Of a DNA stretch of 64,000 nt, positions 47,459 to 57,810 are shown piece by piece. Every line of letters begins with the position of its first letter. Position 1 is the stretch's first letter. Origin of the DNA: Alphaproteobacteria bacterium (lineage in GTDB: Bacteria; Pseudomonadota; Alphaproteobacteria; Sphingomonadales; Sphingomonadaceae). The translations under genes and the position numbers were made by a program. The DNA lies in assembly GCA_046566485.1 (NCBI GenBank), contig JBKHWO010000045.1, positions 3,664 through 67,663 on the forward strand, written 5' to 3'. The notes beneath the pieces were generated by a model, which did no database searches, was not told the origin of the DNA, and saw only the letters and a program-made list of their open reading frames with translations.

Positions 47459-48187
47459 TCACCGCGCGGCGTCCATCAGTTCGCGCATGCGCAGGACGGC
47501 GGCTTCCAGCCCGCAGAAGATTGCTTCGCCAATCAGGTAATGCCCGATGTTCAGTTCGGCGAGCTGCGGGATCGCGGCGACCGGCTGGACATTATCATAG
47601 GTCAGGCCGTGGCCCGCGTGCGGCTCGATCCCGTTCTTCGCGGCAAGCGCGGCCATGTCCGTCAGTCGGCGCAGTTCAGTGGTGCGGGCATCGCCGCTTG
47701 CATGGGCATATTCGCCGGTGTGCAATTCCACGACCGGGGCACCAAGCCGCATCGCCGCCTCAATCTGGCGCTCGTCAGGGGCAATGAACAGGCTGACCCG
47801 GATCCCGGCATCGGCCAGGCGCTGGACCAGCGGATAGAGCCGGTTGTGCTGGCCCGCCGCATCCAGCCCGCCCTCGGTGGTTCGCTCTTCGCGCCGCTCG
47901 GGCACGATGCAGGCGGCATGCGGTTTGTGGCGCAGGGCGATGGCCAGCATCTCGTCGGTTGCGGCCATTTCCAGATTGAGCGGCAAATCGGTTGCCGCCT
48001 GGATCCGGGCCAGGTCCTCGTCGCGGATGTGGCGGCGATCCTCACGCAGGTGCGCGGTGATCCCGTCGCCCCCGCAGGCCGCAACGATTTGTGCGGCGCG
48101 AACCGGATCGGGATGGTCCCCTCCGCGCGCATTGCGGATCGTCGCAACGTGATCGATGTTGACGCCCAGGCGCAGCTTGTTGGTCAT
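47459..48187 (-). CDS. pdxJ: pyridoxine 5'-phosphate synthase
   Basis: [43 protein letters not shown]. Confidence 0.97.
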   Translation of the reverse strand: MTNKLRLGVNIDHVATIRNARGGDHPDPVRAAQIVAACGGDGITAHLREDRRHIRDEDLARIQAATDLPLNLEMAATDEMLAIALRHKPHAACIVPERREERTTEGGLDAAGQHNRLYPLVQRLADAGIRVSLFIAPDERQIEAAMRLGAPVVELHTGEYAHASGDARTTELRRLTDMAALAAKNGIEPHAGHGLTYDNVQPVAAIPQLAELNIGHYLIGEAIFCGLEAAVLRMRELMDAAR

Positions 48188-48771
48188 TACGGCTTGGCCC
48201 TGCTCCCCGGCTTGACCGCTTCGGTCGCGGCCAGTTCCGGCGGCAGTTCGTCCGGGGCATAGGTTGGGAAGTTGAGCGCGATCAGCGGGAAGAACGGTAC
48301 GCCCATGTCGACCATGCCGCCCGAACGGTCGACCAGCGAGGCCGCGGCAATCACTTCGCCGCCCGCTGCGGCAATCGCCTGCATCGCTTCCTTGCCCGAC
48401 AGGCCGGTCGTGACGACATCCTCCACCATCAGCACCTTTTCCCCTGGTTCCAGCGCGAAGCCGCGGCGCAGTTCAAAAGTGCCGGTCGGGCGTTCGACAA
48501 ACATTGCCTCGACACCCAGCGCACGGCCCATTTCGTGCCCGATGATCACGCCGCCCATCGCTGGTGAGACAACCTTGGTGATGTCCTTGCGCAGCTCACG
48601 CGGGATTCGCGCGGCCAGTGCGGCCGCCAGTCGGCTCGCCCGCATCGGGTCCATCAGGACCCGCGCGCATTGTAGATAATGTGTGCTGTGCCGTCCCGAA
48701 GACAGCAGGAAATGGCCTTCCAGCAAGGCTTTGCTGGCCCGGAATTCGGCGAGGACCTCGTCATCCTGCAT
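48187..48771 (-). CDS. pyrE: orotate phosphoribosyltransferase
   Basis: [24 protein letters not shown] motif. Confidence 0.95.
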   Translation of the reverse strand: MQDDEVLAEFRASKALLEGHFLLSSGRHSTHYLQCARVLMDPMRASRLAAALAARIPRELRKDITKVVSPAMGGVIIGHEMGRALGVEAMFVERPTGTFELRRGFALEPGEKVLMVEDVVTTGLSGKEAMQAIAAAGGEVIAAASLVDRSGGMVDMGVPFFPLIALNFPTYAPDELPPELAATEAVKPGSRAKP

Positions 48772-48967
48772 TGGTATCTTTGCCTTTCTTGCTGATTCGG
48801 GGTGCGCGCTGCTTAGCTGGCAATGCGCTTTGTCAAAAATTCCCCTAGAGGCGCTTGAGGTGCCTCGCAAGCGCGCGTATAGGCCCCGTGAATCCGAAAC
48901 TCCCATGGGGGCGGGAAGGGGCATTTCAGGGCTTCAACCGGCCGGGAAAGCAAGAGCAAGAGGAACG

Positions 48968-50032
48968 ATGACAATCGGCAAGACTGCCCGCCACGCGGGA
49001 CGCGCGATCCAGGCAATCGGAATGTCGCTGGCACTGCTGGCGGCACCCGCACTGCACGCGGCTGCTCCGGCAGCGGCTCCGGCTTCGGAAGCGGCTGACG
49101 CTGCTGCCGCCACGGCGACTGACGCTGCTGCTGCGGCGCCGGCGATGGCCACTGCGGCCCCGGCCGCTGCTCCGGCGGTCGATCCCAACGATCCCAAGTT
49201 CAAGGTTGCTCCGGGCAAATATGTCCCGATGAAGCCGACCGAAGGCAAGGGCATGCCGGTTCCCGGCGGGATTATGTTCCAGGATCAGTATTCGGACACG
49301 GGCAAGCAGGCGCTGCACATGCACCAGGTGTTCCTGCTGCCGGTGATCATCGGCATTTCGCTGCTGGTCTTCTTCCTGCTGCTGTTCGTGGTGGCGCGGT
49401 TCAACCGCCGGGCCAACCCGGTGCCGTCGAAGACCGCGCACAACACCGCGCTGGAAGTGGCCTGGACCGGGATCCCGATCCTGATCCTGGTCGGCATCGC
49501 GGTGCCGTCGGTGGCGCTGATCAACAAGCAGTACACTCCGGCTCCGGAAAAGGCCCTGACCATCAAGGCCACCGGCAACCAGTGGTACTGGACCTACAAG
49601 TATCCGGATAACGGTGACATCGAAGTCATTTCGAACATGCTGCCGCCGGAAAAGGCAATCGCCAACGGCGAACCGGCCCAGCTGGCGGTGGACAACCGCA
49701 TGGTGGTTCCGGTTGGTGAACCGATCCGCTTCCAGACCACCGGCGCAGACGTAATCCACTCGTTCGCCGTGCCGTCGCTGTGGTTCAAGATCGACGCGGT
49801 TCCGGGCAAGCTGAACGAGCGTCAGCTGATCATCAACGAGCCGGGCGTCTATTACGGCCAGTGTTCGGAACTGTGCGGTGCGCGCCATGGTTACATGCCC
49901 ATCGCCGTCGAAGCGCTGCCGCGTGATGAATTCAACCGCTGGGTCCTGGAGCAGGGCGGCAAGATTGATGGCATGCCCGATGCCCCGGCTGCGGCCGCGG
50001 CTCCGGCTCCTGCCGCCAAGCCCGCCGCCTGA
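48968..50032 (+). CDS. ctaC: cytochrome c oxidase subunit II
   Basis: HNTALEVAWT, GNQWYW, DVIHSF, CSELCG..HGYM CuA motif. Confidence 0.96.
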   Translation: MTIGKTARHAGRAIQAIGMSLALLAAPALHAAAPAAAPASEAADAAAATATDAAAAAPAMATAAPAAAPAVDPNDPKFKVAPGKYVPMKPTEGKGMPVPGGIMFQDQYSDTGKQALHMHQVFLLPVIIGISLLVFFLLLFVVARFNRRANPVPSKTAHNTALEVAWTGIPILILVGIAVPSVALINKQYTPAPEKALTIKATGNQWYWTYKYPDNGDIEVISNMLPPEKAIANGEPAQLAVDNRMVVPVGEPIRFQTTGADVIHSFAVPSLWFKIDAVPGKLNERQLIINEPGVYYGQCSELCGARHGYMPIAVEALPRDEFNRWVLEQGGKIDGMPDAPAAAAAPAPAAKPAA

Positions 50033-50068
50033 GCGCTCTAGAGATTATCGAACAGAAGGTTCGCAGAT

Positions 50069-51754
50069 ATGGCAACTACAGCTGACCAGTTCCAGGCTCA
50101 CGCAGATCACGCTGAGCATGGTCACGATCACAAGCCGGGCTTCTTTGCCCGCTGGTTCATGTCCACCAACCACAAGGACATCGGGACGCTTTACCTGATC
50201 TTCGCGATCTTCGCCGGCATCATCGGCGGCGCGATCTCGGGCATCATGCGTCTCGAACTCGCCCATCCGGGCATCCAGTACCTTGCTACGGTTGCCGCGC
50301 TGCTGGGTGAACCCTCGGCCAGCTTCGACGCCCAGCTTCACCTGTGGAACGTGCTGATCACCGCCCACGGCCTGATCATGGTGTTTTTCCTGGTCATGCC
50401 GGCGATCATCGGCGGCTTTGGCAACTGGTTCGTACCGATCATGATCGGTGCGCCGGACATGGCCTTCCCGCGGATGAACAACATCTCGTTCTGGCTGACC
50501 GTTTCAGGCTTCATCTCGCTGATGCTCTCGGCCGTGGTCCCGGGCGATGCGACCGGCAATGGCGCCGGCATCGGCTGGACTGCCTATGCTCCGCTGTCGA
50601 CTTCGGGCTCAAAGGGCCCGGCGACCGACTTCGCGATCTTCGCGCTGCACCTCGCCGGTGCCGCCTCGATCATGGGCGCGATCAACTTCATCACCACGAT
50701 CTTCAACATGCGGGCGCCGGGCATGACCCTGCACCGTATGCCGCTGTTCGTCTGGTCGGTGCTGGTCACCGCGTTCCTGCTGCTGCTGGCCCTGCCGGTT
50801 CTGGCCGCTGCGATCACCATGCTGATCACCGACCGCAACTTTGGCACCACCTTCTATGATGCCCGCGGCGGCGGCGATCCGGTGCTCTACCAGCACCTCT
50901 TCTGGTTCTTCGGCCACCCCGAAGTGTACATCATGATCCTGCCGGCCTTCGGCATCATCAGCCAGATCGTTTCGACCTTCTCGAAGAAGCCGGTGTTCGG
51001 CTACCTCGGCATGGCCTATGCCATGGTCGCGATCGGTGTGGTCGGGTTCGTCGTCTGGGCGCACCACATGTACACCAGCGGCATGAGCGTGAACACCAAG
51101 CTGTACTTCACCCTGGCGACCATGGTGATCGCGGTGCCGACCGGCATCAAGATCTTCAGCTGGATCGCCACGATGTGGGGCGGCAGTCTTGAATTCCGCA
51201 GCCCGCTGATTTGGGCCTTGGGCTTCATCTTCCTGTTCACCGTAGGCGGCGTGACCGGCGTTGTGCTCGCCAATGGCGGCATCGACGATAACCTGCACGA
51301 CACCTATTATGTTGTGGCGCACTTCCACTACGTGCTCAGCCTGGGTGCTGTCACCGGGCTCTTCGCCGGGTTCTATTACTGGTTCCCCAAGATGAGCGGC
51401 CGCTGGCACTCGGAAGTCCTGTCGTACCTTCACTTCGCCGTGTTCTTCGTCGGCGTGAACATGATCTTCTTCCCGCAGCACTTCCTGGGGATGCAGGGCA
51501 TGCCGCGTCGTTACCCGGACTACGCACCGGCCTACGAATACTGGAATACGCTGTCGTCGTGGGGCTATGCCGTGACGCTGGCCTCGGTCGGCATCTGGTT
51601 CCTCAACATCCTCTACGCCTTCACTCTCGGCAAGAAGGCTGAAGGCAATTACTGGGGCGAAGGGGCAACGACGCTGGAATGGACGCTGTCCAGCCCGCCG
51701 CCGTTCCACCAGTTCGAAACCCTGCCGGTGATCGACGACAAGGATCATCACTGA
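50069..51754 (+). CDS. ctaD: cytochrome c oxidase subunit I (aa3-type)
   Basis: [31 protein letters not shown]. Confidence 0.98.
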   Translation: MATTADQFQAHADHAEHGHDHKPGFFARWFMSTNHKDIGTLYLIFAIFAGIIGGAISGIMRLELAHPGIQYLATVAALLGEPSASFDAQLHLWNVLITAHGLIMVFFLVMPAIIGGFGNWFVPIMIGAPDMAFPRMNNISFWLTVSGFISLMLSAVVPGDATGNGAGIGWTAYAPLSTSGSKGPATDFAIFALHLAGAASIMGAINFITTIFNMRAPGMTLHRMPLFVWSVLVTAFLLLLALPVLAAAITMLITDRNFGTTFYDARGGGDPVLYQHLFWFFGHPEVYIMILPAFGIISQIVSTFSKKPVFGYLGMAYAMVAIGVVGFVVWAHHMYTSGMSVNTKLYFTLATMVIAVPTGIKIFSWIATMWGGSLEFRSPLIWALGFIFLFTVGGVTGVVLANGGIDDNLHDTYYVVAHFHYVLSLGAVTGLFAGFYYWFPKMSGRWHSEVLSYLHFAVFFVGVNMIFFPQHFLGMQGMPRRYPDYAPAYEYWNTLSSWGYAVTLASVGIWFLNILYAFTLGKKAEGNYWGEGATTLEWTLSSPPPFHQFETLPVIDDKDHH

Positions 51755-51781
51755 TCCATCGTCGTCCGGACTGGACAGAGA

Positions 51782-51816
51782 GCGCCCCGACCAGCAAGGT
51801 CGGGGCGTTTTCTTTT
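51782..51816 (+). terminator. rho-independent terminator after ctaD
   Basis: GCCCCGACC/GGTCGGGGC stem followed by GTTTTCTTTT. Confidence 0.7.
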
Positions 51817-51830
51817 GGGAGAGAGTGACC

Positions 51831-52790
51831 ATGCCGGAATTCCGCATGATCGATACGGGCGAAGTGGCCCTGCGCTGCGCCATCGAGGGCAGCGGCCCGC
51901 TTGCCATCATGGTCCACGGCTTTCCGGAAAGCTGGTATTCGTGGCGCCACCAGATCGGACCCGTAGCCCAGGCCGGGTTCACCGCCTGCGCGATCGACGT
52001 GCGCGGCTATGGCGGCTCGGACAAGCCGCAGGCGGTCGAGGCCTATACCCTGGAACGGATTGCGGGCGACCTGATCGGTCTGGCGAACGTGCTTTCGCCA
52101 AAGGACCCGGTGGTGTTGATCGGCCACGACTGGGGCGCGCCGATCGTCTGGAACACGGCCTTTACCAACACCGACCGCGTGCGCGCCGTGGCGGGTCTGT
52201 CGGTCCCCTTTGCCGGGGCGCCGCTGCGTCCCTTTACCGACGTGTTTCGCGAACACTTCACCAGCAAGGGCCGGTTCTTCTATCAGGAATATTTCCAGGA
52301 GCCTGGCGTTGCCGAGGCCGAGGCCGAGGCCGATCCGCGCCACTTCGTCGAGAAGATGATGTATTCGATCTCGGGCGATGTGGCGCCGGGGAACTATTGG
52401 GACAAGCCCGCTGGCGCGACCTTCCTGCAGGACCTGCCCGAGCCGCAGCCCGTGCCGTGGCTGAGCGCAGCGGATCTCGATTACTACGAATCCGAGTTCA
52501 AGGCCTCGGGCTTTCGCGGCCCGCTCAATCGCTATCGCAACCATGAACGCGATTACGAATGGCTGAAGCCGATGCAGGGCAAGCCGCTGGAACAGCCCTG
52601 CCTGTTCATCGGCGGCAGCCGCGATCCCGCCACCACGCTGTTCGGCGCCGTGGAGGACCCGGTGGCGATGATGCGGATGTTCGCACCCAAAGTGGAGGGG
52701 CATGTCTTGGACGGCGTTGGCCATTGGACCCAGCAGGAGCGGCCCGACGAAGTGAACGTCTTGCTCATCGATTGGTTGAAGCGGCTCTAA
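51831..52790 (+). CDS. epoxide hydrolase-like alpha/beta hydrolase
   Basis: HGFPE, GHDWGA, YQEYFQ lid Tyr, NRYRN, GHWTQQE. Confidence 0.9.
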   Translation: MPEFRMIDTGEVALRCAIEGSGPLAIMVHGFPESWYSWRHQIGPVAQAGFTACAIDVRGYGGSDKPQAVEAYTLERIAGDLIGLANVLSPKDPVVLIGHDWGAPIVWNTAFTNTDRVRAVAGLSVPFAGAPLRPFTDVFREHFTSKGRFFYQEYFQEPGVAEAEAEADPRHFVEKMMYSISGDVAPGNYWDKPAGATFLQDLPEPQPVPWLSAADLDYYESEFKASGFRGPLNRYRNHERDYEWLKPMQGKPLEQPCLFIGGSRDPATTLFGAVEDPVAMMRMFAPKVEGHVLDGVGHWTQQERPDEVNVLLIDWLKRL

Positions 52791-52814
52791 GCCGCGCCTA
52801 TAGCGCGCACAGCC

Positions 52815-53726
52815 ATGACCACAGCATCAGCCCAGCCGATTCCCCTGCCCGCCGACTGGCGCGATTTCCTGTCGCTGACCAAGCCGCGGGTGATGAGTCT
52901 GGTGATCTTCACCGGACTGTGCGGGATGCTCGCCGCGCCGGTCGCGGTCGATCCGATCATCGGCTTCGTTGCGATCCTGTGCATCGCGGTGGGGGCTGGT
53001 GGTTCTGCCGCGCTCAACCAGTGGTGGGAAGCCGATCTGGACGCAAAGATGAAGCGGACTGCGGCGCGGCCGCTGCCCGCCGGCCGGATGGAACGCACCT
53101 CGGCGCGCGACTTTGGCGTGGCACTGTCGATCGGTTCGGTGCTGGTGATGGGCCTGGCGGTGGGCTGGCTGGCCGCGCTGATCCTGGCTTTTTCGATCTT
53201 CTACTATGCGGTGATCTATACGATCTGGCTCAAGCCGCGCACGCCGCAGAACATCGTGATCGGCGGCGGGGCAGGGGCCTTTCCGCCGATGATCGGGTGG
53301 ATCGCTGCGACCGGCGAAGTGACCTTGATGCCGGTCCTGCTGTTCGCAATCATCTTCTTCTGGACGCCGCCGCACTTTTGGGCACTCGCCCTGTTCGTCG
53401 AGACCGACTATGCCAAGGCCGGTATTCCGATGATGCCGGTCGTGGCCGGGCACAAGTCCACGCGGCGGCAAATTCTGGTTTACGCGGTGTTGATGCTGCC
53501 GATCAGCATGGCGCCGTTCTGGCTGGAAGTTGCAGGGTGGCTCTATGGGGCGAGCGCGCTGTTGCTGTCTGCCGTGTTCCTGCTCTTGTCGTTGCGCGTC
53601 GCGGTGTTCCGCGGCGCGGCGGGGGATGACGACATGCGGCCCGAAAAGCGGCTGTTCGCTTATTCGGTGCTCTATCTCTTTGCCTTGTTCGCCATGTTGG
53701 TGGCGGACCGTTACCTGGTTGGATGA
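52815..53726 (+). CDS. ctaB: heme o synthase (protoheme IX farnesyltransferase)
   Basis: LTKPRV, D.KMKRT..RPLP, NIVIGG, WTPPHF. Confidence 0.95.
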   Translation: MTTASAQPIPLPADWRDFLSLTKPRVMSLVIFTGLCGMLAAPVAVDPIIGFVAILCIAVGAGGSAALNQWWEADLDAKMKRTAARPLPAGRMERTSARDFGVALSIGSVLVMGLAVGWLAALILAFSIFYYAVIYTIWLKPRTPQNIVIGGGAGAFPPMIGWIAATGEVTLMPVLLFAIIFFWTPPHFWALALFVETDYAKAGIPMMPVVAGHKSTRRQILVYAVLMLPISMAPFWLEVAGWLYGASALLLSAVFLLLSLRVAVFRGAAGDDDMRPEKRLFAYSVLYLFALFAMLVADRYLVG

Positions 53727-53863
53727 CACGCATGGACCCGAATTCCCCCGATCCGATGGAACAGCGCAAGCGCATCATTGCCGGGCGCAACCGTGCCCTG
53801 GGCCTGGTCCTGCTCGGGCTGGTCGTGCTGTTCTTCGCCATCACCATCGCAAAAATGGGTTGA
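53723..53863 (+). CDS. small single-TM protein between ctaB and ctaG (CoxF-like)
   Basis: [46 protein letters not shown]; ATGA-coupled to ctaB; not in the ORF track. Confidence 0.75.
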   Translation: MTRMDPNSPDPMEQRKRIIAGRNRALGLVLLGLVVLFFAITIAKMG

Positions 53864-53866
53864 GCC

Positions 53867-54475
53867 ATGGCCAGCGCACCTTCTGTTGACAATCGTAACC
53901 GCCGGACCGGCCTGATTGCCGCAGCCGGGGCCCTTGCCATGCTGGGCATGGGCTATGCCGCCGTTCCGCTGTACCGCTTGTTCTGTCAGGTGACCGGCTT
54001 CGGCGGGACCACCCAGCGGGTCAGTGAAGCGGACGCCGCCAAGGTCCAGGTCGGCGCGACCCAGATCTCGGTCCGGTTCGACAGCAATACCGATCCGGAC
54101 CTGCCATGGAAGTTCATGCCTTCGCAAGTGACGCAGGAAATGGCCATCGGGACGCGCAAGATGGCGTTCTACACGGCGGAAAACCTTTCGGGTAAGCCAA
54201 TCACGGGTGTGGCCTCGTTCAACGTCCAGCCTGAACTGGCTGGCAAATACTTTCACAAGGTCCACTGCTTCTGCTTCAACCAGCAGACGCTGAAGCCCGG
54301 GGAAAAGGTCGAAATGCCGGTGCAATACTATGTCGACCCGGCGATCCTGAAGGACCCGGAAGCGGCCGGGATCCGGCAGATCACACTCAGTTATACCTTC
54401 CACACCTCCGCCGATCAGAGCGCGGCTGTTAAAGTCGCCGCAAATGGGCTGGACCCGCTGCGTGCGGCGCGATAA
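53867..54475 (+). CDS. ctaG: cytochrome c oxidase assembly protein Cox11
   Basis: YAAVPLYRLFCQVTGFGG, KVHCFCF, ITLSYTF. Confidence 0.95.
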   Translation: MASAPSVDNRNRRTGLIAAAGALAMLGMGYAAVPLYRLFCQVTGFGGTTQRVSEADAAKVQVGATQISVRFDSNTDPDLPWKFMPSQVTQEMAIGTRKMAFYTAENLSGKPITGVASFNVQPELAGKYFHKVHCFCFNQQTLKPGEKVEMPVQYYVDPAILKDPEAAGIRQITLSYTFHTSADQSAAVKVAANGLDPLRAAR

Positions 54476-54541
54476 GGGCGATCAGAATCCAGGGGGGCGG
54501 CGTGCCGCCCGGCACAAGGCTTTATAGGGAACCGAAGCACC

Positions 54542-55372
54542 ATGGCCGGTAGCAAGAACCACGATTTTCATATCCTCGATCCGGACTATCTGCCGTTCAT
54601 GGCTTCGATGTCCGCGGTGCTGATGACCAGCGGCGGCGTGATGGCCATGCATCCGGACTGGGCCGGAACCAGTGGCAAATATGTCCTTCTGCTGGGCTTC
54701 ATGGGCGTTATCGCCTCGATGTTCCTGTGGTGGACCAAGGTTGTCCGTGAAGCGAAAGAGGGTCACCACACCCCGGTCGTGCAGCTGCACCTGCGCTATG
54801 GCATGATCACCTTCATCGCTTCGGAAGTGATGTTTTTCGTTGGCTGGTTCTGGGCCTTCTTCGACTTTTCGCTGTTTCCCAGCGCCTTGTCGGAAGTGAC
54901 CGGCGGGCAGTTCCCGTCCAAGGCTATCGAAGCGGTGATGAATCCGTTCGACCTGCCGCTGCTCAACACGCTGATCCTGCTGTGCTCGGGCACCACGGTG
55001 ACCTGGGCCCATCACAGCCTGATCCACGGCGACCGCGATGGCCTGAAAAAGGGCCTGTGGGCGACGATCCTGCTCGGCGCGCTGTTCAGCGCGATCCAGG
55101 CTTACGAATATGCCCACGCGCCGTTCGATTTCGGCGGCAACACCTACAGCTCGGCGTTCTATATGGCGACCGGCTTCCACGGCTTTCACGTGCTGGTCGG
55201 CACGATCTTCCTGATCGTCTGCCTCAAGCGTGCTTACAACGGTGACTTCACCCCCAAGCAGCACTTCGGCTTCGAAGCGGCCGCCTGGTACTGGCACTTC
55301 GTCGACGTGGTGTGGCTGTTCCTGTTCGTCGCGGTCTATGTCTGGGGCGGCTGGGGCTACCCGGTCCACTGA
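54542..55372 (+). CDS. ctaE: cytochrome c oxidase subunit III
   Basis: FIASEVMFF, TVTWAHH, TGFHGFHV, WYWHFVDVVW. Confidence 0.96.
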   Translation: MAGSKNHDFHILDPDYLPFMASMSAVLMTSGGVMAMHPDWAGTSGKYVLLLGFMGVIASMFLWWTKVVREAKEGHHTPVVQLHLRYGMITFIASEVMFFVGWFWAFFDFSLFPSALSEVTGGQFPSKAIEAVMNPFDLPLLNTLILLCSGTTVTWAHHSLIHGDRDGLKKGLWATILLGALFSAIQAYEYAHAPFDFGGNTYSSAFYMATGFHGFHVLVGTIFLIVCLKRAYNGDFTPKQHFGFEAAAWYWHFVDVVWLFLFVAVYVWGGWGYPVH

Positions 55373-55374
55373 TC

Positions 55375-55770
55375 ATGGCGGGCGACTCGCCTGACACGAA
55401 AGGGCAGCCCGGCCTTGCCGCGGCTGCCCTTTTCGGTCTGTGCCCGCGCTGCGGGGAAAAGACCCTGTTTGACGGGGCTGCCAGATTTGCGCCGCGGTGC
55501 AGCCATTGCGGGCTTGACTATGGCACGTTCAATGTCGGGGATGGACCGGCTACGTTCCTGACCATGGTCATCGGCGCGCTGGTGGTCGGACTGGCGTTCT
55601 GGGTCGAAGTTCGCTTTCACCCGCCGCTGTGGGTGCATGCGGTGCTGTGGATTCCGTTCGTCACCCTCACCACGCTCTGGGGCCTGCGGGTTACCAAGGC
55701 CGCCTTGCTCTATACCGAGCACCAGCGCCGCGCGCGCGAAGTGACCAACCGCGACCTGCGGCCCGACTGA
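55375..55770 (+). CDS. DUF983 family protein
   Basis: CPRCG...C.HCG Zn-ribbon, GDGPA, two TM helices. Confidence 0.82.
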   Translation: MAGDSPDTKGQPGLAAAALFGLCPRCGEKTLFDGAARFAPRCSHCGLDYGTFNVGDGPATFLTMVIGALVVGLAFWVEVRFHPPLWVHAVLWIPFVTLTTLWGLRVTKAALLYTEHQRRAREVTNRDLRPD

Positions 55771-56369
55771 TGACGCGGCGCCTGCCCCTGGTCCCGACCC
55801 TGCTGGTCCTTGTCGCCGTTGCCGTCATGATCCGGCTCGGCTTCTGGCAGATCGACCGGATGCACCAGAAGGACGCGCAGATTGCGAGCTATTCCGCCGC
55901 GATCCGCGAAACGGCGGTGATCGATTCTCCGGCCTTCACCGGACTGGACGAAGGCCTGCTCTACCGCCGCGTCAGCTTCACCTGTCCCAAGGTGGCCGGA
56001 TGGCGGACCACCGCCGGGCGCAGCGCCGACAACCGCGACGGAATCATCCAGGTCGCGCGCTGCGAATGGAACGATGGCAGTACGACGCGGCCCCATGCGG
56101 TCGAGGTTGAGGCGGGCTGGTCGAACAATCCTGCTGCTCCGACCTGGGCTGGTGGACCGGTCACGGGTGTCTACGTCCCCGGCGGTATGCTGGGCTACAA
56201 AGTGGTGGCGGATCCGCCGCTGGGCGGTCTGGCGGGCAATGCGCGGCCCGATCCCAACGACCTGCCCAACAACCACTGGTCTTATGCCGTGCAATGGTTC
56301 CTCTTCGCGCTGACCGCGCTGGTGATCTACGGTCTGGCGCTGAGGAAGCGGGCCCAGGATCGCGCCTGA
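55770..56369 (+). CDS. SURF1/Shy1 family cytochrome oxidase biogenesis protein
   Basis: LGFWQIDR, NNHWSYAVQWFLFA. Confidence 0.88.
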   Translation: MTRRLPLVPTLLVLVAVAVMIRLGFWQIDRMHQKDAQIASYSAAIRETAVIDSPAFTGLDEGLLYRRVSFTCPKVAGWRTTAGRSADNRDGIIQVARCEWNDGSTTRPHAVEVEAGWSNNPAAPTWAGGPVTGVYVPGGMLGYKVVADPPLGGLAGNARPDPNDLPNNHWSYAVQWFLFALTALVIYGLALRKRAQDRA

Positions 56370-56409
56370 TCCTTGCCAGTTGCCGCCGCGAGGGCTAACG
56401 GCCCCCTCG

Positions 56410-57810
56410 ATGGACTATATCTCGACCCGTGGCAGCGCTCCGGCGCTCGATTTCGAAGGCGCGACGCTGGCAGGACTCGCCAGCGACGGCGGGCTCTATG
56501 TGCCGCGCGAATGGCCGCGTTTCACTGCGGATGAGATCGCGGCCATGGCGGGCCTGCCTTATGCCGAGCTGGCCGCGCGGGTCATGCACCCCTTCGTCGG
56601 CTCATCGCTGACCTATGAGCGGCTGCTGGAGCTGACCACCCAGGCCTATGGCCGGTTCGCGCACAAGGCGGTGACTCCGCTCAAGCAGCTTGACGAGCAG
56701 CAGTGGCTGCTTGAACTGTTCCACGGCCCGACCTTGGCGTTCAAGGACGTCGCGCTGCAACTGCTGGGCCTGCTGTTCGAGGAATTTCTGGGCCGGGGCG
56801 GCGATCCGCTGACCATCGTCGGGGCTACCTCGGGCGATACCGGATCGGCAGCGATCGATGCGGTTGCGGGGCGGTCGCGCGTCGACATCTTCATGCTTCA
56901 CCCCCACGGTCGGGTCAGCGACGTGCAGCGCCGCCAGATGACCACGGTGCTGGCCCCCAACGTCCACAACATCGCGATCGAAGGGACCTTTGACGATGCC
57001 CAGGCGATGGTGAAGCGGATGTTCAACGACAGCGCGATGACCTCGCGCTTCAGCATCGGCGCGGTCAATTCGATCAACTGGGCGCGGCTGATGGCGCAGG
57101 TGGTCTATTACTTCGCCGCCGCCCTGCAATTGGGCGCGCCGCAGCGCGCTGTTGCCTTCTCGGTGCCGACCGGCAATTTCGGCGACGTCTTTGCCGGCTA
57201 TGTCGCGGCGCAGATGGGCCTGCCGGTGGCGCGGCTGATCGTGGCGACCAACGTCAACGACATTCTCCACCGTGCGCTGTCGAGCGGGGACTATTCCGCC
57301 GGAACCGTTACCCCCACCGCGGCGCCGTCGATGGACATCCAGGTCTCATCGAATTTCGAGCGTCTGCTGTTCGATCTTGGCGGTCGCGATGGTCAGGCCA
57401 TGGCCGCGCAGATGGCCGGGTTTGAAAGCACGAAGGCGATGCAGCTGACCAACGCCCAGCGTGAAGGCGCGGCAAAGCTGTTCACTTCGGCGCGCGCCGA
57501 TGCCGACCAGATGGCCGAGGCGATTCGCTGGGCCCATGACAATTGCGGCGAATTGCTTGATCCGCATACCGCGATCGGGCTGCACGCGGCGCGCGTGTCT
57601 GGTCTTTCGCGCGAAGTGCCGGTGGTGACGCTGGCCACGGCGCATCCTGCCAAGTTCCGCGATGCGGTCGAACGCGCCACTGGTCAGCGGCCCGAGCTGC
57701 CCGCTCGGATCGGCGACCTGTTCGAGCGCGAAGAGCGCATGGTCGAGCTGCCGGGCGATTACGACACCATTGCCGATTACGTCGCCGGCCACGCGGTCGC
57801 GCGGGGGTAG
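56410..57810 (+). CDS. thrC: threonine synthase
   Basis: YISTRG, GLASDGGLYVP, FHGPTLAFKD, ATSGDTG, NSINWAR, VPTGNFG, TAHPAKF. Confidence 0.97.
   Translation: MDYISTRGSAPALDFEGATLAGLASDGGLYVPREWPRFTADEIAAMAGLPYAELAARVMHPFVGSSLTYERLLELTTQAYGRFAHKAVTPLKQLDEQQWLLELFHGPTLAFKDVALQLLGLLFEEFLGRGGDPLTIVGATSGDTGSAAIDAVAGRSRVDIFMLHPHGRVSDVQRRQMTTVLAPNVHNIAIEGTFDDAQAMVKRMFNDSAMTSRFSIGAVNSINWARLMAQVVYYFAAALQLGAPQRAVAFSVPTGNFGDVFAGYVAAQMGLPVARLIVATNVNDILHRALSSGDYSAGTVTPTAAPSMDIQVSSNFERLLFDLGGRDGQAMAAQMAGFESTKAMQLTNAQREGAAKLFTSARADADQMAEAIRWAHDNCGELLDPHTAIGLHAARVSGLSREVPVVTLATAHPAKFRDAVERATGQRPELPARIGDLFEREERMVELPGDYDTIADYVAGHAVARG

Noticed and set aside
47207-47540. Short ORFs (47207-47428, 47274-47462, 47307-47540)
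   Set aside because: Translations of the palindromic element; no RBS or domain support.
48823-48836. Fnr/FixK-like site (ATGCG-CTTT-GTCAA) upstream of ctaC
   Set aside because: Imperfect half-site, equally explained as the TTGACA -35 element of the divergent pyrE promoter.
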